NCBI RefSeq assembly: GCF_022045235.1
Contig: NW_027266268.1
Location: 18,414,001 to 18,478,000 of the forward strand
From: Haliotis cracherodii
Lineage: Eukaryota
Direction of reading: 5' to 3'
Length of the DNA: 64,000 nucleotides
In this document: one piece after another, positions 28,599-42,552 of the stretch
Numbering within the stretch: position 1 is the first letter of the stretch
Layout: the number at the start of each line of letters is the position of its first letter
Position numbers and translations under genes: made by a program
The notes under the pieces: generated by a model
Seen by the model: the letters and a program-made list of their open reading frames with translations, nothing else
Database searches by the model: none
What the model was told of the DNA's origin: nothing

Positions 28599-29742
28599 CA
28601 GATGTTATTTAACTTCTTTTGAGTAGAATATATAGAAATTCAGAAGTCAAAGCAACATGTTTAGGGCTAAAATAAATACTACAACGCTTTGAAAATAGTT
28701 CATCTTGTACTGATGATGATGTCTATAAGAAGTAAAATTGATACCTGATTTCTTCCAGTTTCAAATTATACAGTGTTTCAGGTCTTGTTATTAAAGTAGA
28801 AGAACTTTTAATCTATCTTTAATGTCTAAACCTACAAAATCATTCAACACTCAAGCTTAGCGAATAAAGTTCTAATACAAGCAGAATTACAGGTTGACGG
28901 AAAATAGAGTCGTGAGTAATGTTTTTTCAATGGTTGCATCATTAGCTAGGTGGTCGCCTGTCTGTTGTTTTACGAACAACACATTACCGCTGACCATCCC
29001 CCGGAAATACCTGCCTTGTTAGTCGACAAACAGTGAGTTGTGTTCACCGACAACATAGTCCTGTATCTCCATGGCTAATGCTTCATCTGCTCACAGTCAC
29101 TTGTTTGCTGGGACTGTAGTGATGTGATGATGATAGTCTTCTTGATGGGATTGTTTCAAGATAAAAAGAGATCACTACTGGCAGCTAGTCACTAGTCCAC
29201 AGATAAAGTGTATTAAGTTTTTTTTTAAGCTTGAAAGTCTGATGTTTTAACCAGTAACTAACCTTTACATCAGTTAACAAATTCACATCAGACCCAAAAG
29301 TGTTTTAAATTGACAGTGAGTATGGTTTTAACACTGCAATATTCCAATAATCGCGGTGGAAACCAGAAATGGACTTTACATATTGTACCCATGAGGGAAA
29401 TAGAACCCAGGCCTTTGGCATGATGAGCTACGCTTTAACCACTTGGCTACTCCACCGCCCCCAAATTGACTGTGAATGGATATATGTGGTGTTTCTATTC
29501 AAACTAATCCTGCCCTGGACACAGCTACCGAAACATTCCAAAAACAGGATAACAACATTCTAGGACATATTTAGTCCCTGAAAGATTTTTACAAAATAAA
29601 AAGTAAAATCCAAAAGGAGCCAAGAACAATGCTAATTGCTTTGGAGCAATCTAGACTTGAGTTGAATTCAATTGAAATGTGTTTTCTTGTAATTACCCAA
29701 TGTATTCTTCTCAATTTGCATCAATGCACTTTCTTACAGATC

Positions 29743-29991
29743 TGTTTGTTTGTTTGTTTGTTGTTTAACACCGCACTCAGAAATATGCCACCTATATGAC
29801 GGTGGTTTGTAAATAATTGAGTCTGGACCAGACAATCCAGTGATTGACATCATGAGCATCAATCCACGCAATTGGGATATGATAAAATGCATCAACCAAG
29901 TCAGCGAGCCTGACCACCCGATCCCGTTAGTCACCTTTTACAGCAAGCATAGGTTGCTGAAGACCTATTCTACCCTGAATCTTCACGGGTT
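29743..29991 (-). mobile_element. Family C element (single-motif variant)
   Basis: Full length, carrying one rather than two GTCGTAAGAGGCGAC-type motifs. Confidence 0.8.
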
Positions 29992-30115
29992 GAATGATAA
30001 CATGAGTAAATACTCAATGGCTCAAACACGTATGTTGAGACGTGTGTACATCTGCATGATTACAGTGCTACTCATCATGCTCATATACAACATTTAATTA
30101 TGCCATAAAAAAATG

Positions 30116-30250
30116 CAAAGTAGACAAATGTTATGGATAACAACTTTTTTATTTTGCTTTAATAACATTCACAGCATAATAAAGAAGTTGTTATCCATGA
30201 CCGTTTGTCAACTTTGTCATCCTTCTACTTCTAAGAAATTCTCATCCAAC
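30116..30250 (+). mobile_element. Fold-back insertion with Penelope-like tail
   Basis: Inverted arms caaagtagacaaatgttatggataacaactttttta / taaagaagttgttatccatgaccgtttgtcaactttg, then tail tcatcc..acttctaa; related to 51181 and 52112. Confidence 0.6.
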
Positions 30251-32898
30251 AATTTAGAAACAAATTGTTCTTGTCAATGCTCCCCTTAAGTGTTGCCGAA
30301 CCCTAGTTTATACTGACACTTTTAGCAGTGCTTAATTTTTGTGTAAAAAAATTGACATGTGAAGAATTACCAAAATGGAATCTTAAATCCTGAAAATAAA
30401 ATCGGACCTTGCAACCAAGTGATGAAAAGAAATCTATTTGATGTGTCCAGCATAAGTTAACTTTTCAGTATCCCCGAAGAAATTTAAGGAATTATTATTC
30501 CTGTAACAGTAAACTCTTGAACAATTACCAGCATATCACAATACTGACAACTTATAAAACATACATCCTTGTCCACTAATACAAATGCAAAAATCCCATT
30601 CTCAACCTGACACAAACCTATTAAGGTTATCCTTAACACCGACATATCAATCTGTGACGCCAAGAAAAGCAAAAATCCCATTTTCTCCTACACACCAACT
30701 TATTTGAGTCAGCCTTAAAATCGACATAAATCTGTCATGCTAAAAAAGCTAAATTCCCATTCTCTACTAGACACAAACTTATTTTGTTCAGCCTTACAAC
30801 CAACAGTTGATTCCGTGATATATTTTATTGTTAACATAAGAACACAAAACATATACAGCGCATTAGCCTTGCATCAGAATGATTCATTCATTAGTATTGC
30901 ACCTGCTATCAATATCAAGTAACATGACATATACCTGCAGAGAAACTGCAAAAAGGTTTTCACAGAAAGCTTCAAAAACATATTTAGCAAGCTCCTGCTA
31001 GAAATAGCGTTGCGTTGCACTGGGCGCGCCTAGCATAACAAATGTTCATACCTGGCCATCCCACACAAATCTCCGAAAAGTCACATGACCTCCAGAGCTA
31101 AAGGCCACGAACTTGCTCCAAGTTTGAAACATTCACTTTATTTTGTCATTCTTGACATGTTGTTGTCTAATTGTTTTGAATGAAACAAGTATAAGCAGTA
31201 AATATTAACAAAGTTGGCCGTCAGTCATTCTGTCGAGTCTTGTACCGTGGGCTGCTTTTGATGCAATGCTTTGGCATGCTCCTTGCGTTTAGTGAAAATC
31301 ATAACTTGCCTAATATGAGCTTAAACTTTAACATACAAATATGAAAGCTTCCGTGTTGAAATTTATCATTAACAAGTTTTGAAATACCTTGGTAATATAT
31401 TTTCAGTAATTTTCACAATCATTGTCAGGTATTTAGCATCAACAAATGGAAACATCAGTGTTTGAAAGGTTGGGTTATGATAAGGGCCACATTGGCACTA
31501 AAAGGCTGTATAAGTCAAGAAATGAATGAAACTTTTGATTTTGTTTGGCTTCTTTTTTTACCTATAAGAACTCAAGCAATACAAGTGAGTCTCATATGTG
31601 AGCCTGTTTTCAACTGAAACCTGATTTCCCTTGGAGATGTACATAAAGACACCTCAAACACAGACAATATATTGCAGACCCCTGTGTTCCATCACAAAAC
31701 TTGCAAATCATACAAAGAAAAAAGAGAAAATTATAATTGTCGGACAACTTTCATAAGATACCTAACCTAACATAACCTTAATATTTGCCATTATATAGGA
31801 TTCTTACAGAGTACATCATTTTGACACACACCTATCACAAACATACAAGGATTTAGATGATACTCTGTCAACAGTTGGACCATGTCCGACCCACTTGTTC
31901 TGCCGTACTGTATCAAGAATCAAGCCTATTTTATTGTTCGGAAACATCTACAATACCTAGCATGAAATATTAATCAATTACACAAGTACAAATCCTATAT
32001 ACTGCTTTTTCTCATCAAAACACACATATATACTACTCAAAGGAAGTAAAGAGGACCCGATTTCTTCACATGACTAGTTAAACTGTCACGGAAATGACAG
32101 ATAATCATAGTCATGTGAAAAGAATCAGGCATTCGGTGACTTCTTTTGAGTAGTATATTTACAGAGCATGGATAATAAATGAAAATATAGGTTTACAAGG
32201 TGTAAACTAGCAGTACATTCGATGACAGTTACATGACATGGATGGTTATGGCACTTCATTTATACCTGACTCTAACTGTTAAAGATGTCACCTAAATCAT
32301 ACTTCAATTTACGATACTTAGCGAGCCATTATTGTTGTGGCGTAACACAAGTACAAATCCTCTATACTGCTTTTTCTCATCAATACACACATATATACAA
32401 CTCAAAGTAAGTAAAGAACACCCGATTTCTTCACATGACTAGTTAAACTGTCACGGAAATGACAGATAATCATAGTCATGTGAAAAGAATCAGGCATTCG
32501 ATGACTTCTTTTGAGTAGTATATTTACAGAGCATGGATAATAAATGAAAATATAGGTTGAATACAGATAATACAGCACAGCATTTATGAATATTACAAAG
32601 AAGAGTATTAGAGTAAACACTTCACATATTGATTCAGCAATTATTAATGTATTCTGATTGTTAGGATTCATGATAAGCTTGAGTAGTATGTCAGTACTAA
32701 ACAATGGGAGTATTCACATCCTGGAACAGTCTATCAGGGTCCACAATGAAGCTCGCACTTATTTATCTATGGTTTATGGGTTATTTGCCTAAAGTATGAA
32801 AAAGGAATAAATTACTTTTGACAAAAGCAAACTGGGCCGACTGTAATACAATTAGATGAAATGAAAAAGAAACATGAAAATTATCGTCGGTTGTAAGA

Positions 32899-32947
32899 GT
32901 GAGTGAGTGAGTTAATATTTAACGTCACATCGGCAGTATTTCAGCCA
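32899..32947 (-). mobile_element. 49-bp 3'-tail-only retro-insertion
   Basis: tggctgaaatactgccgatgtgacgttaaatattaactcactcactcac on the minus strand, flanked by a perfect 17-bp TSD TATCGTCGGTTGTAAGA (32882-32898, 32948-32964). Confidence 0.85.
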
Positions 32948-34692
32948 TATCGTCGGTTGTAAGAAAAAGTGAATGTGACTTAAGTCTTTATTCTTATAAC
33001 AAAAACGCTTTTCACTTGGTTTCGATTCGCAATCATATTACCGTAATGATGTGATGTATGAGTTTGTTTTTCAGTCTTTAGTAGCAGTAGTAATCTGGAG
33101 ATGGTAATTTAAAAAATTAAATGTTTGACCATCAGCATAGTATTTTAGGCCAAACATATGCTATTTATATTGCATGGATCGATGCTCATCATATCAATCA
33201 CTGTATTGTATGGTCCAAACTCGATTCTTTACAGACCACCATCATATAGCTTGAATATTGATGAGTGAGGCGTTAAACAACAAACCAACCAACTTTCTTT
33301 TATCCCTTTAACCTATACGTGAGACAGGGTAACAACAAGTACCATCTTTTGACATCTTTTGTTATGATGCTGTCAGGGATCGACCTACAGACCTTCCAGG
33401 CAAATGCTCTATCCACTGGACCACAGGGGCGGTCAAACAAGGTGTAAACTAGCAGTACATTTGATGACAGTTACATGACATGGATGGTTATGGCACTTCA
33501 TTTATACCTGACTCTAACTGTTACAGATGTCACCTAAATCATACATCAATTTAAGATACTTACCGAGCCATTATTGCTGTGACGTAACAAAAGTGCACTA
33601 CTGATTTGTTCAAGTGTGACTAACTGGATTCTAGTGATGCAGGTGTGTAAACATTTATGACAAGATGGGTTATGTAATTCCACACTTGTCAAAACAACAG
33701 GGTTAAACTATGGGAACTACTGAATGGTTTCCAAACACTCACCAATGTGTTAGGACCTTGTCTTTCAATAGTGTCTAACTTTGGCACTGCATTTAGCCCA
33801 TTTCAGCCTCTAAATAACTCTTCATTTAGTAATATCATCTTAGTCCAATAAAATATTTCAAAACTGTCATTTTGTTAAATTGTCTGATAATGTGTAAGGA
33901 GAGGGGGCTCAGAGAATCTCTTCATTTAAAACTAGACTTTTTTTTTAAAAAAACACTAAAATTGCAATTATATCATATCTATATTATTATAGAATTCATA
34001 GAATTTTGTAGCTTTATTATTTTAAATTTTAGTTGGAGTAAGTGCATGAGTATGGTCTTATGCCACTTTTAGGGACACCAATGATTACATTCATGTGATG
34101 TACCTATCACGCAGAATCAAACCCAGGCATTCAGTGTGACAAGTAAATGCTTTAACCTCTAGGCTACCCAACTGCCCCTTCTTGATTCTGGGTATGTATG
34201 AGTGACTAAACGTACCTTGCATACCATGGAATTGTAACTAGCCCATGCCACCACGTGCACCAATATATAGAACATGTGCTAATCTCAACCGATAGCGAAT
34301 ATACAGCATGGGAACATTAGGCCATAAACAGTATCTCTTTGTCATCCACTCAATCTCTGAATATACATTCCTAATCAATTACTTCGTCATCATTTCGGCA
34401 AGTGAACCTACAAGACTGTGTGACTCATCTTCAAGATACAGTCAAGTCCCGTTAAACCGACATGGTTGGTTGCATATGATTCTGTCGGATTAACGAGTAT
34501 GTCAGATAAACGAAATTAAGAAGTATCAACGTTCGTGATCGGAAATCGGACAACAACACGATAGATAACGTTAAAAACATGTAATAAAAAAAATAAAAAT
34601 CATATTGCTATGTTACATTGTTAGCGGAATATGTTTTTTAATCATGCAACCTCTAACGCTCAACACAAAACAACTGTTACGGACTGTACGAC

Positions 34693-34772
34693 TTATTCAA
34701 AATACTTTAAAAAGCATAGTCTGGAATGGAAGTTATTCAAAATACTTTAAAAAGCATAGTCTGGAATGGAAG
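34693..34772. repeat. Perfect 40-bp tandem duplication
   Basis: ttattcaaaatactttaaaaagcatagtctggaatggaag occurs twice in tandem. Confidence 0.95.
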
Positions 34773-35907
34773 TCGCAAGTTTGAAACTGGTACCGCAAAG
34801 CCTAAGAAAGCTGCTTTCTAAGTGGCTAACCTGGACTTCCTATTAGTCATTTCATTGGTCTGTCATAGTTCGTGAAATGTAATTACCATGGTGGCTCAGA
34901 AGGCCCTAACACAGTTGAAAGACACCACCCAACAGGGAAGAGATGCTTGGAAATTACAATATAAAGGAGACTTCCACTGTACTGCTGTAATTACGTTTTG
35001 ACAGTCATTCCTCCTTCATATTTTAATATATCTATCACAATATATAAAAGCCTACACCCTTTGTGTCACAGGTCGAAACCTTAGTCAAAATGAAATAATT
35101 ATATATAATTACAGTTTCAAAAAAATTACCAGTAAGAAGTTTCTCTTTACACAAAATACCTTCCAATTAAATTCCGTACTTCTTTTTCTTAATCATTACA
35201 TGAAGTCATCATCCGTAACATTTCACATGAATTAGTCACGAAAATTCCATACAGAATAATAAATACATGAGATTAACTTGCTTATCAAACAGATGTACAC
35301 ACTGAAGCACAATGTGCTTTATCTTAGTTGAAAGTTACAGCCTGACTTCCATACACAGGGATGCTTAATAATACTGTTTACCCATCCAGACACCCTGAAT
35401 ACCGATGGTTCTAATGATAAAGATTGGAGGGGGGGATGTGCAGGTGAGGGGGGTTCAATGGGGGGCAACAAGTCCCCGCTAAAGCGTGGGAACCTGAGAC
35501 AGCTGCAAACTACCAAGGACCCCTGGTGGTGACAAGCCATCTGCTGCTCCAAGAGGGATGGTGAAGTGGAAAAAAATAGTTCCTGAAAACAGTTCATGCA
35601 CGACTGGCTCCAGGAGTCAAGACTGGTGAATTAATAATGGGTCTAATTTATTTGAGGATTTATAATTAGTTTACCATTGACTTTGTTAACTAAGATTTGC
35701 AACATCTTGTAGAGAATAGGTTAATTATCGAAAGTTTAATTGTCTGATTTTAAAAAATTTAATACTATTCCACGAGAACATTCGACACTAGCTAAGATTT
35801 AATATCCTACAGTATGAAATCTCAGCAGCTGCTGATCTGAGATTCTCAGATGCTCAGACAAACCCCTATTTGACCAACAAAATGCCTCACAGTCATCCTG
35901 TGAACTG

Positions 35908-36265
35908 AGACCGCCTCCGTGGTCTTGTGGTAGAGCGTCCGCCCGGAGAGCGGAAGGTCCAGGGTTCGATCCCGGGCCGCGTCATACAAAAAGACGTTAA
36001 AAGATTGTACTTGTTGTTACCCTGTCTGGCGCTCGGCATTTAGGGGCTAAAACAAGGACTGGTCGGCTCGGAGTCAGTATACTGTGTCTGAGTGGGGTAT
36101 TCATGTTAAACTGCGGCATGGTATCTCAGTGAGCTAGCACTATAAATCGGCATCAGTCCGGACTAGTACAAGCAGCCACACACACACATACACGTGCATG
36201 CACGTCGCTATATAAGTGCAATAATCTTGGACGCGACGTTAAACCCAATTTCACCTCACCTCACC
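35908..36265 (+). mobile_element. Family B MetaSINE-type element, full length
   Basis: Intact head, core and tail; 12-bp TSD TCCTGTGAACTG at 35896-35907 and 36266-36277. Confidence 0.9.
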
Positions 36266-38445
36266 TCCTGTGAACTGTGTTTTATAAGGGATATTACAAT
36301 TTAAATAGAGCAGAAACCATAGACCTAATTACATCCAAAATACCAAACGTTCATAAATTAGGAGAAGACAGACAAATGTTTCATTTACCTTACAATAAAT
36401 CACAGTCTGTCATACAAAATATAACCAGATATATTGACTCATGTTTTGAGCTGAGATATCCAAAAACTCAAAATTACTACTACTAGTAAATCAGAAGCAA
36501 GAGGTCAATGTTGATCTTTGTATATATAACCATACATCATCGTTGTCTGTATTTAAAGAATTACTTTCCAAGGTGACTAACACACGTCCATGAACATTAT
36601 GAAATATAAAGACGATTACTGTAACCTTAAGGGTCGGGTACCATACCCTTCTCCCAGAATTTCATAAACCTCATTTTAAATTAAAATGAAGAACACTTTA
36701 TCCCAATAAACCCTGGTTATATTACTTATGTACATGATGTATAACGTCACATAATAACTTCAGCATGATCAACATTAAGTCCTATTTTAGCAGCATTCCA
36801 ATACAATCACACCAGGATTGGGCTTAAAACAATGTACCCATGTGGGGGATCAAACCCAGGTCTTCAGCATGACGAGCAAACGATTTCACCACTAGGCTAC
36901 CCCACCTCCTTTTTCTCTCTCAAATGTTCAAAAATGGGATTTTTGTGAAAACAATATTTTTAATCATTCTGTTAGTATTTCTATTTCATCAGATCATCAG
37001 TGCCAAACAATGGAGTGTCTATCCACTTTGTTAGACTTATATTCTGTGAATGGAGAAGTAAGGATACAATGAGCTAAGACCCATTTCAATGGAGTATCTA
37101 TCCACTTTCTTGGGCTTACATTCTGTGAAGGAAAGATACACTAACACTTAGTCAATGAAAACATGTCTTTAAAATAATTGGGATTTTTCTTCGTGAGAAC
37201 CTTTCCTCATCTGCTGTTTCAAACTAGACATGGTTAGTTTGATCTATACTTGCTTAGGTTTTTAGTAAAAAAATATTTCATAAAAAAACAAAATCCACAG
37301 TCATGGTTCAGGACTAAATGGACGAGTAAGGATACAAATCAGCTAAGCCCATTTCAGGTAAAAATAACCCATTACGTATGAAAATGATGGGCTAGTTTTG
37401 AAATACACATCCAGAAGATCAATACAGCTAAACAATGAACAGTTGAAAGCTAATTCAGGAGCCAGTGCTGGACCTCCTAGCAGCATTTACCCCTGGGACA
37501 CACTCACTTACATCATACATCATAATAAATCTGTACGATGTTCAATGTTAAACACCACTAAAAGCAACCGTTGACTTAGTATTTTCATGCTTGAAGAGCC
37601 AACTGTTTTGGTCTATCAAAGAGACTGTTCTCTGTAAAATATTGATCAGTTATGAAGAGTATACATAAATCTTGGCGAAGATATATTTAAATACATCTAT
37701 GACTATGTAAATATGTACAATACTCATAGGTTCCTTTCATGATCTCAACACAAACTTGTCTGGTGATTGAAGAATTCACTTGAACATGGTTTTTTTGTTT
37801 AAGGAGGTATACACGTGCGTCATTTACATGGACTTACACTGTTTTTATTTCAATACCTCCATAAACGCAAAAGGATAGACTGAAGTCAATTCTTAAAATA
37901 AAAAAGTTAACAATAATAACTTCACATTTCTGTCGACAAATGATACAAAAGCAGTTACATCATCAAATCAAATGTCAAGGAATCACTTACAATTTAATAA
38001 TTGAAACCTACATTGCGGAAACAAATGTTTAATATCTTGCAACATTAACCAGAGAAGTTGGCTTATATGGAGTCTGTGAGTGAGCGAGTGAAATTTGTTT
38101 AATGCTGCAGTCACTGTCAGCCAAAATCGAGCGATATCATTGTGGTCTCAATGTAATCAATTTGGGCTTATTTGAACACATAAAGCATTCATCACACTAT
38201 CACAATACATAAAAGGGCTCAGAATCACAACCGTAATATATTTCCAAATAATATGAACTGTGCTTTTCATACTTTTGTTTGCATATTTATACTGAAATAT
38301 TTACGGCTAAGAGGAAGGTTTGTATTATCAACAGTGATTCACAAAGCTTTCATAATGAAGACTAGTTGCACTCGATCATGTCCATACGTTATTTCCATAA
38401 TTATTATGTGAAAATACATATTGCATCATCACAAATTAACATGTA

Positions 38446-38595
38446 CAGTAAACTATGTTTATAACGAACACGCCTATAATGGACTGACGGAGATCACCAA
38501 AATATTATTTGTTCCTGGCCATTTGATATATATATATATAAAAAACAAACTTAAATTAGCTGTCCCTTTGAGTTCGTTATAACCATAGTTTACTG
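38446..38595. mobile_element. Tc1/mariner-type MITE
   Basis: TA-flanked TIR CAGTAAACTATG(T/G)TTATAACGAAC on both ends. Confidence 0.8.
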
Positions 38596-41500
38596 TACAT
38601 TAAAAGAGTAGAAGGTAAAAAGCAAGATTTTTTTTACTTCCTGTGCTTTGTAAAAAGCAAGTTTTTCTGTAGGGATAATGAACCCAAGGATTAATCCAGG
38701 TATTTTAACCATAGCCATGCCTAATGTTATTTACCTGAGCAAAGGTGATTGTATTTCACTGCTGACAAGGTCAACAAAGAAAGAAAAGGCTTTAATATTT
38801 ACTTTTAAAGTTTATGTAATTGTGTACAATACCATGCTAAAATATCTCTGAATATAAGAAAAATAAGGTCTTAAAAAAATAGGCAGAAAAATCCTTGTCC
38901 TTTAAACCTCATTTCATAGATAAATAACTGGAACTTTAATATATCAAAACATGGCTGAGGCCATAGCAAGGACTTTTTAACCCCAACGAACACAAAGCAT
39001 CAGCATGAAGAGCGAGGAATTCCCCTTCTGAAGCCATGTCCCGTTGCAAGGTTTCTGTAGGGACCGTGCCAAATCAATGATGTGAACTCTACAGCATTAT
39101 TGATTTGTCAGGTATTACCTACTGCAGGATAATGGCCATAGTGTCTAAATGTAGGTATTGTTTGGTGCCAACTAAAAGCAGGGGCCATTATCTTGGCAAT
39201 CGATTCCAGTTTTAGTTGGCTGAACATGTGGATAAGCCAGAGTGCTTGTTCTAGCACCAGGATTCCACCATACAAAGAGGGAAGCTCATATAGATCTCTT
39301 GCATGAGATGTATTTTTAGACCAAATGGCTTGAAAGTGGAATTCGGTAACAAATATATATAGCATCTGACATGGATTTCTGGGTGATATACGATGTTATC
39401 ATGCATGCTATGGAATCATTTTGGAGTGGCAAGTTCTTGGTGAAAACAAAATGAATTATGTGTATGATTTTTTTTCACAATGAAAGCAGTTGGCGGAAAT
39501 CCCTGCACAATGTTAAAAAACATTTCAATCATTCCCCAGAATTCACACTTAATCTACAGTTTTGGACATTAATCTACAGTATTATATTGTGGGCTGTGCT
39601 AAGTTTTAGTGCAAAGACATGTATTCACTCATTCACCCATGAACTTAACCAGACAACCCATGAACTGGAGCCCCAATTAAATATTGAAATCAGTTTTGAA
39701 CAACTGAAAGCTTGAAATTTTATCCATTTTGGAGAATTGGTTGGATAGAAAGTCATAGTTTATACCCATAGTGGTTTTAATACATCATTTCCAGTGTTTT
39801 ATTGTTTACATTTTTTTGTGACTTTTCTTCACTTCAAATTGGTAGCAAATCTCTAGCATTGAAAATTACAGCACTCAAATGCTACCAGTCAGTGAAGACT
39901 ATTCCCTTTGGATTCTCACTTCTCCTCAGCACAATTTAGTAATCTCAGGCTAGTGGACTTGCATGAATTTCGTTGTCTGAATACCATACTAGCAAGCCTC
40001 TAGGACCCTGTTAATTCCTAACACTGGTTTCAAGGGGTCATAAGTGTAAAACTTGCCAACATCCATGATCATACGGCCTTGGTGCATCAATGACATACTT
40101 AAGAACATGCTGTACTCTAAAGTCTGAACCTCAAAATGTGAATAAGCAGCCCAACTACTAAATTGTGCTGAGGACAGGTGAAAAATCCATGTCGTCCTCC
40201 TTGACTAATAAGCAATAAAGGGCTATCATTCTGAACCAGTTTTTCAATTTTGATACACATAGGAACTTAAGAAAACTCACATAAAATGTACACATATAAA
40301 ACATTTTTATCTCTTTAAAGCACTACTATCCACAAACTAACAGGACTAGTGAAATAAGGTTAACACTAGCCCTCTGGACAAGTCTTATAGAAACAAATTT
40401 TCTAAGGATGTGTGGGTGATGTTGATATATGCAAGAAAGCAATATTCCTGCTTTATCACAACACTCTGGAAATAATCTAATTTGAGCCAGGCAAACCATT
40501 GGTTGATAGCATGAGCACATACTTCAATAAAATGACTCAGAAAATTAGGAACCAAACCCAAGTTGTTCAATAGATAAAATAGTTGAAGATGTTGCAAAAC
40601 ACACAACCTTCGAAGGAAGCCCTGATTTTATTTCTAGGTTTGACAGCACCATATCCATGCTCATGGGTTTCACCAAAGTGGTAAATGTCTGAGCCATGCA
40701 TCTCTTCAGGCTTTCCTCCCACACTGAGCTGATATGCTGTGATAACTGGAATACTGTTATAAGTGATGTTAAACACATCTCACTCACCCTTAGGAAGACA
40801 AACGTATATAAGGCTGTAACTAAAGAAGGTTTTTAAGACAAACTATCACATACTCTCAATTCACAAAATAACTGGTATTTGGCTAACTTACACACCATTC
40901 GGACAAATAGGAGACAATGAGTTTATTTATGCCAAAGTTACATTAGTAATCCATTTAAGTTTAATCATAATAGACATTAGCATACCTGGTTCCAGTACCC
41001 TAGTGTCACCCACTGATAACAGTTGTATATATACAGTTGGTGAGAATGTTCTGTGGAGTTAAACACTGATGGACTAATATTCCATTAATATCTACACTGA
41101 CAGTCAATGAAAACAGTGTTTTACAAACTGTACTACTAAAACATGGGGCTTATCTGTGATAATGAACCATCAACCACCAGCCTACCACCCGCTCATTTAC
41201 CTAAAGAAACATTTCTATTCAACTTGATGTTCATATTATCTACAGTGTAATTGTTCATGAGAGCTTAATGACTTGCTATCAATACAAAGAGATGCTTGTT
41301 TTCCAAAACAAGCATCAGTAGAAGAGATAGTTCAATGTTTAATAGTGAGAGCAGTTGCTTGTATCAATCAATTCAATAAGTATACATTAAAATGATAAAA
41401 TACTATTTTTTTTAAATACAAATATATGAATTAAAAAAATGGTTAATTAAATGGCTCCTAAGAAACTTATGTAGTAACCAATTACAGTTATTGATACATT

Positions 41501-42376
41501 AACCATTTAAGCTTACATGGTTGCAATTTGTAATTACTAATGATACCAATTAGCTGTTTAATCAGCCAACACAATATACAGTGAGTGTACTGAACAACCA
41601 ATCAATTACTGTGTACAACCACCCATTGGCACCTACACAAGGTAAGCTTTTTCCCACCTTCCCAGAAATATTATACAAAGATTGAATGTGTAATTATGCG
41701 AACATTTACAAAACAAGCATCTCTGCTATACATGCCTAATAACCCATACAAAAACACTTAATATAACAAGCGTAGTTTTGAAAGCAAGATACTCGTAGCT
41801 ACGGCATGCGTTTAACAAATATCCATATGAAACGATATACACAGGTTGTACAGAAAAAGGATATCCAGTACAACATTGTTTCCATATCATCAGACGATGC
41901 AATCACAAGACATGCTGGCTAACAGTGTTGAACAATGTTTACTTCTGACAGGTGATAAAAACAATATTCCATCGTCTGCGCGTAAGGTACATATTCTCAA
42001 TTGAGCACAAACCGTTGAAAAAACTCGTATTACATAAGACGTCTGCGTGTCTATTTTTATCATTGCACGATAAAACCATCCGAGAAAGCATAAATATCAT
42101 GAAAAACACGTGCAGTACGAGCGACTGTGCGTAACAAGTGCACGAGTCTATTTTTGAAAGGTAAACACGCGAGCTCTAATATGACTCATGAATTCTTAGT
42201 TCTATTACTTGCCAAACATTGTAACTTTCACATGACCTGATAATACAAGTGAAAGAAAACAGAGAGCATCTATCAAATATTATACTTAATTCGACCCAAC
42301 GCTATATCTGTACCCTTTAGTGTTTCAAAATGGACGGTTTAAACAAAGACAACCCCCAATCAGAAGTTATTTTGAC

Positions 42377-42384
42377 CGTGGGAA
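42377..42384 (+). promoter_or_regulatory. Consensus CSL/Su(H)/RBPJ site CGTGGGAA about 170 bp into intron 1
   Basis: Exact match to the high-affinity CSL consensus; function inferred only. Confidence 0.4.
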
Positions 42385-42552
42385 AAGGCTGTAGATGCGT
42401 CAAATTCATGTTAAAAGTTAATAAAGATGAATAAGATTCAATCAAATGTGGTACGGAAATTAATAACGACAAAAGGAGCAACTCAGACACCCTAGTAATC
42501 GTCCGCTAGCCGAAATCACGATGGCCCATTTTTCTAAAGGAATGCATCTCAC

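Larger units (their letters stand above)
26164..42552 (-). other. Inferred intron 1 of the Notch-like gene (about 16.4 kb)
   Basis: GT...AG ends join the two exons in frame; no convincing intervening coding exon was seen. Confidence 0.7.

Noticed and set aside
35319-35597. 92-aa minus-strand ORF with an acceptor-like ttttcag
   Set aside because: The frame compatible with exon 1 (phase 1) hits a stop and no domain is recognisable; more likely regulatory sequence.
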